Source of the DNA: Botryllus schlosseri
Lineage: Eukaryota
DNA: 64,000 nt
Assembly (NCBI GenBank): GCA_051294905.1
Contig: CM119380.1
Location: 23,746,001 to 23,810,000, forward strand
Direction of reading: 5' to 3'
Each line of letters opens with the position of its first letter. The first letter of the stretch is position 1. Positions 47,566-62,500 of the stretch are shown here, piece after piece. Both the position numbers and the translations under genes were made by a program. A model generated the notes under the pieces. It worked only from the letters and a program-made list of their open reading frames with translations, did not search any database and was not told the origin of the DNA.

Positions 47566-50500
47566 ATGTCGTCCAAGGCCGCGGCAACCGACACCAAGTA
47601 TAACATGTTTAGGCTGTTTATTTGAGACGCATGCCAGTACTGGTATTTGTTTGCTTGCAGGTCAAAAACTAAGGCTGTGTTGCTGATGCTCGAAAAACTG
47701 TTATCAAGTACAAATCCAGACAAGGAACAGACCCGATTTTTATGTCATAAACTTCTTCATATGGCGAATAACCATGGTGATACTTTTTGTTAATTACCGA
47801 CACTCATAATTTGCTACCTGTAACTGTTTGAACAAGAATCGAGGAAAATATATTTCCCATCTTCGGTATTTGTTTAGAAACCGTTTAGTATTGCTTAATG
47901 AGAAGGATTATGTATACTATTATAAACATTAAATATTATCTTCTACAATTATAGTCGTTTCCCATGGTTTCTTCAAAGGGTCCAAAGTGCAGTAGCCATC
48001 ATAGAATTGAATTGTCCTACCTTGTTTTTCTGTGATTTAAAAACTTGCTATTGCTGCCCATGTGTTTGAAAACTGCTCTGTACATACCGCCGACCTCAAA
48101 ACCAATCATTTTCTTGCAGATTCCGCCAGAAAGGAGATATCCAGCAAAAACAGTTTGGAAATTGTTTTGTCAATTCTGGAGGTAACTCGGACCAACTTAA
48201 TGTTTTAGGATCGTACGGCATACGGACTGGTTTTACATAATACTGGTCATGAAAGCAGTAATTGTATTGATCAATATAACTCCGTCTCCAGTTAAACTGG
48301 AAACTTAATTTTATTGAGATCCTTGTGTGTTGTTTCGTTCTGTGTTTAGAGGTTTTGTGATTAATAATAACTACCGTAGCGATTCGTCGTTTGCAATATT
48401 TTGTCTGCCTACACGGTCCCAATTCAAAATTTTGTCGTACTTTTAGTGATATTTCTTCATCAAATCAATATGCCCTGGATAGCCTACTGCCCATGCTCCT
48501 GTTACCGAAAGCCCAATCATAGCCCACCTTCCACTAATTGAGAGTCCAATTCCACCGTTTTTTCAGACATGCGGCGATCAAACAACGTGTCTTGCGCTCG
48601 TGAATATTTTGAGCGAAATCGCTTCCGGAAATGGCTTGAAGCGGCTTGTTAATCATGATGTCACAAGGGTTCTTCTGCATACCGTCGCTTATTTAGGAAA
48701 GGAAGCTGATACCAGATTGCTTTCGGCGCTTATTGGATTATCAGTAAAAATAGCACCGAAAGGTAAGAAGCCAGGTCCTGAATGTAGCTCTATCTTAATT
48801 AAGTAGTTGTTGTTCTAATGTGAATATTTCTTGTATGTTGTACAAGAATAAGGAACACTTTAGATTTTGAGGACATGTAGATGATGTAATTAGGTAATTT
48901 GGTATTCATATCATCGTTGGATATTGATTTTAGTGAGAGTAATGTGATCACGAATTATTGATATGTGCCCACTCGGTTGAACTGTGACACTTAGCCACGA
49001 TTCCTCAAGACAGGTTGCTGTTCACTTGCTCTGTTTCAATGTTATTCAATCATTTCTCAGTGTTTTCCAAGTGATTTATCCATATAGTGGCAGTATCATT
49101 ACATTCTCTGACCGGGATACGATCTGAAATGAAGCTTCTAACTTTGACTACTCAGGCTGATTGTCGATGGGCTACTTATTACACCGTTCGCTCCAGTTGT
49201 GTTATATTCAGAAATTTAACATCTTCCTCAAAGCTTGTCGTAACTGAATTAGTTTCAACTTCGGAAATTTTGCTATTTTGTACTACCGGTGTGTGAAAAC
49301 ACAACGGCTACTTTTACTCAGAGAGGGTCAGTAACGAAGTTCTTCTACTTTAAGCTACTCGAGTAAGTTTAGCCTACTTGTACTGAAGGTGGTTAGGTTT
49401 TTAGACTACTTTCACTTCTACTGCACGGTTTTTTAGGCAAAACTACTTATTACATATTCGATTATGTAAAGCGTAAAGTAGCTTTTAGGTGTGTTTGCAT
49501 CGCTTTTCCGAGTCTGAATTTTCATTAGCACTCGGCTAATGAGCCCCTGTATCATGGTAACTGAAAATATATCCGAAAATTATGTAGTACGATTGCATAA
49601 TGGTGTATGCAAGCTGCAATTTGTAGAGTAAACATCTGCCATCAACTGCTTGAAGTATGCAAGTTTACCTTCTGAAACTACTTAACTGAATACTTTCATA
49701 CCTTTGTTTTAGTAACTTCCACTTGAAGCAGTTATCTGTCTTCGAAATTGCTACTTCACTAGTAATTGAGTAGAAATTGGTGGTACGGTATAATTTTACT
49801 TCTGATTGAGTACCAACTCGGACTAATTTGACCCCAGGGCTGTAACCAAGTCACAAGGTTCCGAGTCACAAGTCAATCTCATTTAAATATAGTTTTGATT
49901 CGAGTCAAGTCGAGTCATTATCAGTTCACCACCAAGTCAAACCCGAGTCCAAGTCAATAAGTAGAGGGTCGAGTCCGAGTCATTGTGTTCGCCGTTCACT
50001 TTTGAGTTCAATCTGATTAAACCCACTTTTTTCAACTCTTTGCCTTCCTAGTCTTGAGTCATATGACTTGGCTCGAGTCATGCACAAGACTCGAGTACAA
50101 GTCCAGTCAATACAAAAATTTTGCGCATTTTAGTGGATCTCGACTCAATATTACGTATTATTCATGCAGATTAGTATCTATTGTACTTTGATGGTCTAGT
50201 AATTTAAATGGGTCTCCCAGTTTCTTGGACATCTCTCTTTAACATGATGTATCACAGTTTTATAATTTAAAAGACATAATCGTCTTTCAGTCCGTAGAAC
50301 AATCGGCAGTTATCATGGGCTACAATATTTTAGGTCTATTCTCTTATATATCTTTCAGATGTGCAGGACTGATCATTCATTGAATACTGCGTCCAACTGA
50401 TGGACCTAGACTCGCTTGTTCGATGGGTGCCATTTTTCATTCAATGACAAAAATCTACTGTAGCAGGCTCGATTTCTCACGCTCAACTGCTCGTGTTTGG

Positions 50501-53500
50501 TAATTCATCAAGATTAGAATGATGAGATAAGAATTTTATGCTGATGGTCTGAAAAAGGGATTGTGGAACATTTACAAAATGTTTTGAATCGTAGTTTGCC
50601 AATGAAGCATATTCGTGTTGTAGGTTGTCTATGATGGAAATGATTCATCATCGGTTTTCGAGTAATTGTGGTGGATTGAGCCTCTGGTTTTAGATTTTAA
50701 TCAGTTTCACTGCACCATATTCTTTCACAGCATTCCCAAGAATGGCCATGAGGCTCGAAATAAACTAGTACCAGCCGATTGTGGTCCCGATTATTATTCA
50801 TCTGTTGTTCCATAATTTATTCCTTTGATACTAACGTTTTTCTCTCACACAAGTATTAATTACTTCCCATTGTTTGTTACCAGATAAACGGTTCGCGCTG
50901 AGAGTTCGTTTGGCCGGAGCGTTGCCCGTTTTGGTATCAATCATACGTTCGTCATCACAATCCACATCTAACAAGCTGTTGACAACTTCGTTACAGTGTC
51001 TCAAGACATGCGCTTCAAACGGTAAATATATTTCTACACTGTGCAGTGCATGGTATGAGTCGGTCTGACTCGAATCAATGCAATGCGACTGTCAAGCATG
51101 ATATCATAGCTGGTAATCCCAGTTTGTGGGAAAAATAATTCATCATTATTAATCTACATATGTGGGTTATGTTCAAGGATAATCTCTTTATCTGATCAAT
51201 AAAGGGAATGTGTTTGTCAAGTGGGCTACTATTGTGTTCATTTTTGACCTGTGTTGTCCTGAAAATGTCACACCGCAACTCGTGTCTAGAGACACAGCCT
51301 ATTTCACTTTTGTACTGATAGTGTGTCTTTTAAATCAGTTTCTCTTTTCAAGTATAGTATGATTAAGCCTCCTAGGTATTTCGCTGCCTATGTTGTTCTG
51401 TGGGATAGCGAAGTTTCAAGCGTTAACTAGAATAGAAATGTGAGACATTTCGCCATCAGGCTCTTTCAGCATTGTGTGTAACAATAGGAGATAAACCCAG
51501 TTTACTATCTGCCACTCATGCCCGATTTTGAAATATATTTTGCCTATTCAAGCATGCTGTCGGCTATTATCTCCCGAAGAACTTTACCTACACATCGTTA
51601 TGGAATGCTAGTTTGTGTATTGCTAATAAAATATTTTCTCCCAACTGAACTGCATGTTACCTTGTCTGTCAAGTCAGCAGTTGTCATATTAGTATCAGTA
51701 GATGATAAATGTCCTTATGCATTCGATATGACATTTGACACATGCTTGGCTGAACTTAAAGCCATTCAATTCAAGAGATGTGTGAATGATCAAAAGTAAT
51801 GTATCAAACTGAACGGATAGCAATCTGTACTTGTTTGCTGTGTAAATAATAGTACATAAGTCCGTTTGCTCCTAATGTTTTTGTGCTCAACTGTCCAGAT
51901 GTTGCTAGGTAACTACAGTCTATATACTTGTATTATCTCGTTTAATCTGTTTTGTCATCAATTCTGTTTGACTTGTCTATCACGCTAACATAGCCTCCAT
52001 ACTACTTCATATCATGACCAGTGGGAATATGATGAACTATGTGTCTGTGTTTGGTTGTAACCCATTGCAAGGTCTCGGGTCTGCCTATATGTAGTTGGAT
52101 GAATTATTTATTTTTCACATCGGCTGAACCGTATGTTGCGTCTTGACTGTTGGTGAATATCAATACTAGCAAGGATGGTATATATTTAGTATCTATACAT
52201 ACATATGCCCTCGAACAGATGAGTAAGGTATGGTGTGCTCAATGCTCATTGCTCTTGCACATATTTGTCATGATCCCAGAAAACCAAGTGCAACATCTTC
52301 TAGCCAAGCAGTGAGTTCTAAGCTTCTGACCCTTTGAATTCCATTGTGTTCGTTAATGCTGCGATGTGACCAATGTGCAGCGTTGTAAGCACAGTCGGTG
52401 CTATGCATGGGACCTTGAAATGCTTCGAATTATAAAACACTGAAGCTTGCGGTTTTGATAACGCCATGATTGAAATTGTAAGAATTCGAAATATTGATAT
52501 CATTGATCCGCAATAAGCTGCTGTGGTCACATCCGTTGTACGTGCCTTATGCTAGATGTTAAAGGAGCCATTCAGATTACAGACGCATGCTTCACGTTTG
52601 CTTTCATCTTGTGAAATTCATTTGTTAAATCTATTTAAACAGGTGTGAATGCCAGAGTCCTGGGGAGACTTGGGGCCGTGAATGCGTTCCAAAAACTAAT
52701 TCTTCAGTTAGGTCGCAAGCAACCGTCCACAACAAAGTAAGTGGGCCGTTCTGTTGCGCGATTGAATCAAACAAAAGGAAGTGCAACTGACAATGCATTG
52801 TGAGCAATGCAATACTTTCACTCGACTTCCTCGTAATCGTATCGAATGCCGAATGCGTCACCTGTCATGAGACTTTTTGCTATTCGATGTTTGATTCTAT
52901 CTCCATGAGTCCTTGTCAATTTCAAGAAGGTAATGTTTTGATAACCATTTAAATTCCTGTGGTGTTCATAATTTAAAGATTTTTGTCAATGCTAGTTGGC
53001 TTTTTGTAATGGAGTCATAATAGGATATCTCGGTTTAGTCTGATTAATCGCGGGGTTGCCCTGCCTTGACACGAAAGACCCACTTCTATTCTGTTACGAT
53101 GATTAAGCCCTAATTTTGGATCTTATGTCACACCGCAGAAGACTATTGTAGCTTGGCAGTACCTGCGCTGAAATGTGCATGAATTACATTTATTTCATAC
53201 AAAACAATTGAAATGCATTTCATTGAAACGAGAATGATGGCTCGGAAATTGAGCCTGCGATGTGAACTAGTGTCATCTTTTTGGTATATTATGAATTTAT
53301 TATTTTCTATCAGGTTGATTATTTTATTTCAGAATTGCATTATCAACACTCAGTCTTCTAGTAAAGTCGTCACGTAAGTATCAGTGCGCTAAAATTATTT
53401 TATTTTCAAGTTTGTCGGCATTCCTGTTGATTTCACCAAGTTTATATAGCCGGCCTTAGATAATCGTTCCTGTAGTATAAAGGTGCAGTGTGTTATACGC

Positions 53501-56500
53501 ACGTTCAGTTAGTTTCATTTGCAAAGTTACCGCTAAAAGACTTTCACTTTCATAAATACTTTATGGAATTGTGATTATTTTTCACTGTCATTGGTGGAGC
53601 GATGTTAAAATGGTGGGGTGCAGTTATCGCAACATTATAGCAGCCATTCTATCACTGGTGAGTGGTCATTGCTTAGTCTTTGATGCAAGTCTGTAAGTAA
53701 TAAACTGATGTCAAGTGGTGCCACTTGATAATGAAACTTACAAACCGTGATACACTCTCCGATTGTGTCAGCGTCACTTCAGTAGGGTTACTTGTTATCA
53801 AACTAAACACATTAGCACTAACCAATAACATTCGGGATGAATAGCCCCGTGGCCATTTCGAGAGCTCTCGCTGTGAACACGAAACAATAGACTTGATATC
53901 GCGCTAGAGGGTCAGGGGTCGCGTTCCACCGGTAATTAAAGGATCGTATCACATTTCGGTGATGGATATCTTTTTGGTAGTTTCGCAACAACGTGTCTGT
54001 AGTGACGAGACATTGTTATTACATCATAGATCATAATCGTAAACTGGATTTGATGCTTTGGTCGCGTGAATACAATACATAAGTTTTCACAAGTTTCCTG
54101 CTAGGCTACTTATAAATAAGGCTGGGCAATATTGAATACTTGTGTGATTTGATATCGAATTGAGGCTTAAGTCGAGTCGAGTTGAGTGTCCGAGCACCAC
54201 TCGTTATTACATCAAATCAGGATGTACAATTGCACACTGTACTACATTAAATATTCAAATACTGCAAACCTTTATGCAACTATGAAGAAAATAGTGCTAG
54301 ATCCACCATATCAAAAATAATTTTGTGTTTCTTGACCACATATATTGCATAGTGCTCTATGGTAAGCTGTCGGTCGGTCACTATTTCCCAGAAATGTGTA
54401 TCTTTATTCTTTATGCCAGAAGTTTTTGATGTTATGCTACTATGCTCTCATGGTGGAAAACAAGTATCAAAATGATGGTTTATGTATCCAAAATAACTTC
54501 AAGGGATAAGGATTGTATTATTTCGCTACATTTTCACCTAGCTCTACTTATAAATACTTTGTGTTATTCTTTGTTCTTTGCTCTGTGATAGTTACTGTTG
54601 TGGCCCGTGTTTCCTATGTTTATAAAACAAAATTGTTGCTTTGCAGGAAGTAATGCAAGCCTCGCCGTCACGAATGGCGTGATCACAAACACGCTTGCCT
54701 TATATCAAGAATGGCATAAATTGGACCATCGAGGGCACAAACATATTCCTGCCAGAAAGAGCATGTTGAATATACTCAAACACTTGACCGTATCCAGTGC
54801 GTGATGATTGCCCATGTTGATCAGCGCGTTGTGTTGACGTACGTTGTATTGTTGTGCAGGAAAAGGAAGGAATGCTTTCGTGGAGGCGAATGGAATGCGT
54901 ATTATACATCGCTCGTGCAAAGAGTGTACAACAAGTAGGCCTATGTTTTGTTGTGCTTCCAACATGTATGATAAGTAGGAATATAAGATGCATGTATATC
55001 ATTGTATTATTGCATTATATGTATTACAACATATCGTCGCAGTGCTATCAAAGTGAATTATGTCCCGTTTTACACATTCTGAGAAAATTGACTTCACGTA
55101 AAGTTTTCATCTTCTTTCAGCCATATATTGGCCCTGATTAACTTTGAATTAATGATACAGACATAACCATGGCCAATTTTCAAAAAGATATTTTCAAGGT
55201 TTAAAAACAGACCTTAATTTGAAAACTGGACATATACTACTTTGATACCACTGCCACGATATATTTATATTTATAGCATATCATGGGCCTGTATAATATC
55301 ATGATTGTATAATGTGACATGCTGACTTGATGATATGACGGTGGTATTGCTGGCCACCATTTTACTGCATTATTCTCTCATATTTTGGGAAGTAGACACC
55401 CGCCAACCTAGTTTGTTACTAGAGAAAGAGTTTGTGTATAATCCAAAAATACAACTGAATACTATATTCTTATTAAAATGAACCAGAATATTTTCGGCTG
55501 ACACTCGTCAGGGGTAATCGTCAGCAACGAGTAGAGAATGGACAAGAACATTGTATATCTACACAAAATATGTATATTGTATTGTATGTATTGTATATTG
55601 AAGTTCTGTACCTCCAAGAAGCAATCCAAAAATAGTGTGTTAATGTTACGCCATTTGTTAGCCTGGATTACTCAACTTTTGGTGCTGGTGACGTCATATT
55701 TGGTGATGCGATTGCTGAGATACAATGTTATTTTCAATTCTGTGGTAGTTGCTGACGATTATGCTAAAGAGTGTCAGCTGAAAATATTCGGGTTAATTCA
55801 ATATGAATGTATTATACAATTTTAAAATTGAGATCTGTCTCATGAAAGACGATTTTATTATTTCAGTGGCGTGCGCGAAAGCGGCGGAACCGCTGATGAC
55901 CGTGGCGACTTTGCTTCTGCGTCGTTGCCAGCCCAGATTTCGTTTACCTATACCCACCGTGCAATGTACGTTTCAATTTACCTTACCGCCCACCACGGAA
56001 AAGACGCACATCGATATACATTTGCCCACAGCCTCGAATGCGTTAGGTAAGAAATTGTGGCTTGTCTCAAGTAACAAATTTGTAGACTCCTAGCACTAAT
56101 AGTTTTTTTGTGAACAAAAAATACAGCCCACAGGCATACATATATATAGGTATATGTAATAGTTATATGATGTAGTTATATGAATACACCTTGACCAAAT
56201 ATACTTTTTGAAACTACTCAAGTACTTTTTAAAACTTTCAGTTTGTACTTCTACCTGAAGTTTTAGTGTGTATTAGGACTCACTACGTCTAATAATACTG
56301 ACTAGTTGGAGGGCATCTGTGTATATCTGTTTGGCGTGATGTATTTTTATAAATTGGATTGAAATCACGTGGATGCGTTGTTTTGGCAGTCGATGATGTC
56401 ATCGACGCGAGTGATGACAATGAGGAGGACGAGGTGGCGAGCGATATTCAAGAGCTCGAGAATCAAGAATTGCTGGAGGAACAGAGACTGGAGGAGGTAA

Positions 56501-59500
56501 GTCTTTCGGTTAAAATGGGACTGGGCAAGAAAGAATACCTACAAAATTCAAATCCATGTTGGGTATTAAGGGAAACATCTCTTATAACGTCATAACAGTA
56601 TAATGACTTGAAAAGTTCAAATATATGTATATTTTTGAGACCGCGAGGAAAATAATGCCAGTTACACGGCATCCAAAATAATTTTGTGTTTCTGGACCAT
56701 GGCTATTTTGTAGCGCCCTGTGACCATTGTGATGATCGATCACCACTTGACAGGAATGTCGTTACATGAATGTAGGTAGCCTTAAGCCAGTGCTAAGATA
56801 TGTGCAATCGAGGTTTTGAATCTCCAACTATGGAAATAACATTGTGACTATATTTTCGTCATGGGAATACTACTATTGACGTGAAAGAGTACATTGTTTC
56901 CGTTACCCGACTTGTATTTGAGTACCTCAACCAGTTTCCAGCCCTAGTTTACAAGATGTGCAATTATGTAGTTATGGATGTTGTATGCTTAACCGTTTAT
57001 TTTCTTTCTGGAACATGATGACTTTATCGCATTTTATCATGATTTGACGTAACCACGCACAGGGGTACATTCCTAAATCCAATCCAATTTCTATGTCACA
57101 ATAGATCTTACCAAGGGAATGATGCGTGTAAAATATTATAAATTGGTACTATCAATTTGCCACCTGCCACGCTAAAAAAGGCTACTGATGAAGTACAAAG
57201 GTTCCATTTCAATATTTTCCGTTCACCGATCAAATTGGGGACCAATGCCGTCATGGTCAATCAATAGGTTTCTATTGTGACATCATATTTGACGAACGCC
57301 AGTCGGGGCGAATTTCTTTCAGGAAGCAAAGTCCACAACCAGCCCGGGTCCGCCTATCGTAATACCGCCGCCCGGCGATGTGATACCGCCGAAAAGGCCT
57401 GCCGCCGATCTGAAGGATATGTACGAGAAGTTTTTTCCGGAATCGTACGAGTTTCAGGTGAGCCACGATTGTTTTCAAATTCCACTTCTACCTAACAAAA
57501 CTACTTTTGAATAGCATATTCATATTGAAATGAACCCGATTATTACGATAGTCTTCAGGGCTAATCGCCAGCAACCAATATAGAATTGGAAAGAACATTG
57601 TATATCAACAATCGTATCGCCACATAAAATGTCACAGGCATGAATTTCTAATATTCGGGGCGAAGAGATCGCCTAAGCTCAATGTACCGATACGATTGTT
57701 GATATAAAATGTTCTTTCCAATTCCCTACTAGTTGTTGACAATTAGCTATCACTAGTGCCAGCTGAAAATATCCGTGTTCATCTCAATATGAATACCTGC
57801 TAATCAATTGAATATTGAAGCTCTGTACCTCCAAGAAGTTCTTCAAAACTGCTTTGTATATTGTGAAGTACAAAGGGGGTTTTGGGTATGTTTACGATAC
57901 CTTTATGAGTGAAATTGGGATACCAGCTAGGCAAAACAGCCCCTGTATCGCGATAACTGAATTTAATTAAGAAAATTGGACCTATTTGCAGTGTCATTGA
58001 TCTTCTTGAATTAGTCTTGGAAACCATTACTTATCCGTGACGTTTACTTATTCCACCGGAGTGCAAATGATAGCAAATATGATCAAACTGTTATTCTATT
58101 GTGGTGTCGTTGCATTTAGATAACTGAACATGGAGAACGTCATCCTCACTACCTCCTTGATAGTACCTCTTACTTGCACGGTGACATCTTGGGAAGATTT
58201 GTGAATTCCCGAGGTAGGCCGGCCGTCTGGTGTTTTGAAGTCGCTTGACTTTATCATGCTGTTTCTCTCAGAGACCAAGACAGAACCTGACATACCGGAA
58301 AGGCTTTCTAATGGCCGACACCCGGCCATTTCGCGCGCGAGATCGGACGGGAACGTGCTCTCGAATTGCATAAAATTTACCCATATCGATCATCCCTCTA
58401 CTGCACCAGCTCCTAGTATTACAAAAGGTACGCTACATATGATTTATTGACCGATGTTGCTGGAAACGCAGCTTTTCATTTGAATAATAGCCACGAGTTG
58501 TGCCACTGCCACGGCCACGGTGAGGTTCGTGACTGGTGAGGCACTGACCGCATTAGATTCAGATTTACAAATATGTAAACCCAAAATGGTAGCTAATTTT
58601 GTCGGTCACTTGTTTCTTATCATATTAGCACTCTTCACAAACAGTATACTATCAATTCTGAGCTGTTTATGATGATGATGCGTGATCACAGGGGATGCTT
58701 GATCCGTCTGTGCCTCACCTCTCTTTTCACGCTATAGTGTATAACTAATAATACGCAAATGCCCCGATTTGGGATGTTGAAATGTTTAAAATTTAGTCGT
58801 CCATGAATATCGATAGAAAATGCCCATGATTTATTTGTGTTGTGGTCATTGAAGGTTCATAATCTTCTGACGACAGGTGAGGCACTGCTTCACTTGCCTA
58901 CCCTGATTGCACGTCACTGCACTGTTATGTGTCTTGTGATTAACCGCAGTAAAAAAAATTGTAGTCAAATAGCTGAAAATCGTCGAAAAAAATATTCTTT
59001 CATTGAAAAAGCTGCAGGGCTGGACAAATCGAGTACCCGATTCATTTGATTCTGATTTAGGTATCAGGCTTTCAGTCTTGTATTCGAGTATCACCTGTTA
59101 TGACGTGATAACAATAGGTTCAATATGTATTTTTGTGGTCATAAAGAATATAATGCCTGTCATAGGCACACGAAACACTATCGCGTTTAGAAGAAACTGT
59201 CAAAATTGGAGTTTTCGTCAATAAAATACCATCGTCAATGGAAATGAAATATCTGTGAAGTCTTGATCAACCCACGGCATTGTCACAAGGTGCAGCGAAA
59301 TAGATTTTATAAAAAAATTCCAAACTATCTTTGGTGTGATGTAGAAGTGGCACTATCATTATTCTTTGAACATATTCGAACTTTCCACGTCATTCATACT
59401 GTGACAATCAACAGGAGTCGAAGCCTAACACGTGATTCAGTTCGAGTTCGAGATTATTATTATTTCCGAGTCTCAACGCGTAGTAGACTGTGATGTGCTC

Positions 59501-62500
59501 TGTGGTCTTCAGGGGACGAGCACTCGTTATTGATGGCCTCGCTGGCGAGCACGACCAAGTCGCAAAAGCAAACCGTCAACACTCTGTCATTGGCCGATTA
59601 TTTCGGACACGTCCCGCCGTCGAACGGCGAACCGCAAGTCGCAAAGAAATTCGGGGTTCAAAGGTCGGTGCTGCAAAAATCCGATCGTACGGGTGTACAT
59701 TAGGGCTGGTCAAAATTTTTCTATCCAAGTGCCACCACATATTAAATCATTCTGATGCCTTAAAAAACACAGCGCACCAAGATTAACTCAATTTTGAATG
59801 GTCTTCCTGATCACAATCTGTAAACATACAATTTTTGAAACAATATCATTTACTTTGACTCTACAAAAAAAGCTTGGCAGATACTGAATAATGCATTTTT
59901 CCTGTATTTTAACCACTTGTGAATTTATTACTTTTTCCTGCTCAACGATTCAAATGAAGAAATTCATTTTTCGAATCATGTCATCACCGTTCCAACGTGT
60001 CTACGAGATTGGCTGGTTTCTAGGAAATCAGCATCATCGATTTCTCCATTAATTTGGATTATCTCGATCGCTGACCGTTCTAAAGTTGAAAATGCTCGAA
60101 AAAAGCGTGTCTGAAACATGTTTGGTGATGTCGAAGTGATAAAATTTGCTCACAGGCAAAAACACAAACGTGGTATTTCGAAAAGAGGTCAATTTACAGA
60201 TTGTGATTACTTTGATTTGATTTCTTGTAACTAAGGTAAATTCGGTATGCTGTTTTTTACAGACGGCCTTACAATTAAATCTTTAGTCCTGTGTAGTTTG
60301 GAAGAAAACAACATTTTGAACAGCCTTAATGTACATTTTGCGGTCAGAATCGGCTTGTTTGCATCCAGGATCAAATGCTGAATACTGAAAATGTTGTCCG
60401 GCAGGATTAAGATGCTGGAGGACGTCGCCCGTTCGTTGAAACAGGGAGACATTTTAAACAAGGTCGTCTACAGCAGGGACGGCAATTACAAGCCTCCCAA
60501 ATCCGACCAATTCGGACTGTACCAAGTCGAGTCGTGCGAAAGCAACTTGGACGTGTTGAGGGAGGTGCTGAACTCGTCTCTGGATGAGGGGATGGCTGGC
60601 GCCGTACTTCAAGAGCATCAAGAGTAATTAGTTGTATTTTAACGTTGGTTGCTTGCGGCTGTTTTTTACTCGAGCTGCTTTTAGCGTTCAAGAGACTACA
60701 CCCGTTATAAGTAACGCATGCGAGTTCGATTTTGAGCGGCATGAATATTCTACGGACTCGACTCCCAGTTACAGATACAGAGGTGAGTTTGACACCTTGT
60801 TTCCTGCGGAGGTGGTCAACGTTGCTACTCCAAGTAGAAGCAGGATTAACTCAAGTTACTAAGAAACTAAGACTCAGAAAGCCTTACAAGGCTCATTTCT
60901 TCACCTTGACTTGTTTCACAATTTTAGAAAGTTTAGCGACATTGTCCAGCATCGCCAATGGGACACGGCCCCCTTTGAACTTTCGTTCCGACTTCGAATG
61001 CGGTAATTTGCGTACGGCCATTCAGGTATTGCTATCTTCCTACGTTACGTTCCTTCGATATTATTTGACCTGCTACGTTGGCAGGTTCGTCAAAACGAGT
61101 ACGACTTGATCCTGGATTCCGATTGCAATACGACGCATCATCACCAGTGGTTTTACTTTGAAGTGTCGAGAATCTCGTCCGGCGTTCCGGTACGCTTCAA
61201 TATCGTCAACTGCGAGAAGAACAGCAGCCAGTTTAATGCCGGTGAATAGATTGGGTGATTTTATGTCGGTGAATAGTGTTTTTTTTTGTCAGTGCTGCTC
61301 AAATACGTAGGCCTACCTATTATGCGACCACAAAGAATATTAGGCCCGTTCTATATTACAGTCCAGTTCTATATTACGGTCAGGGGAAGCCAGTGAGGCA
61401 GTGCCTCTCCCGTTGTCGTGATAAGTTAAACAAAATTGTGACACCTTCAATGATTATAACACCAATAATTATATGTATTTTCCATCGACGTTCACGAATG
61501 GCGAATTTTGAAACAATTTAACATACAAGAAATCGGAATTTACATATTTATCGTTCAAAAATATAGCGCGAAAGGAGAGGCGAGGCACAGAATGGCCAAG
61601 CCTCACCGGTGATAGCCCAATTCGTCATGAGCAGCTCATAATTTGTGACTGGTAACCGGTACTAATCGGAGGCTAGTGTCGCGCTGATACTAAATATCAT
61701 TAACGTCAGAACACCAGAACCCCTCAAAGTCACCGAGGAATATGGGATTTGGCATTGTTACGTACAATGATAGCGCAGAGTAACAATGAATAGGTGAGGC
61801 ACAGATGGATTTGCCTTATTTACTGCAGTTATGCAATGTGCTATCGACTCCACAAACCCACGATATATTATGAATCGTGTAGTTGCGACGGCCAACATTT
61901 AGTGCAGAGCAACTACATTCCCTTATTGGCCTTATTGATATATCTGTCATGTATTTTCCATCCATACCTATGTCTTCCATTGCGGAGACGTATATCGTTT
62001 TCTGGCAAAGCCTGCGCTTGAAGAGTGCTAACGTGATAGGAAACAATTTGGGTACCGTATATATATTGGTAAATCTGACTCTAATGCAGTGGTTCTCGAA
62101 CATTTTCAGACGCGCATCCCTTGATGATAGTGTATAAATGTATTATTGAAATGAATACATGCCAGGTATGCAACCGCTGATGTACTCTGTGTCGGAAGCG
62201 CGTCTCGGCAACCCGTGCTGGCGGCGCGTGGGCTCCAACGTGTGCTACTACAAAAGTCACTTTTCGAGGAGCTCAGCGTCCGCAGGCGGTGTCAAAGGGA
62301 AATCCTACTTCACCGCGACGTTCACTGTGACTTTCCCGTTCGATCGGGACATCTGTTATTTCGCCTACCATTACCCGTACACCTACACGCAGCTTAACGT
62401 GAGCTTTCTGCTTCTTTACAACGACCCTGAATCATTTTATTTACATACTTTTGTTCAGGCTGACTTGCATAAATTGGTGGGGCAAGTGGACGAGAGTGAT

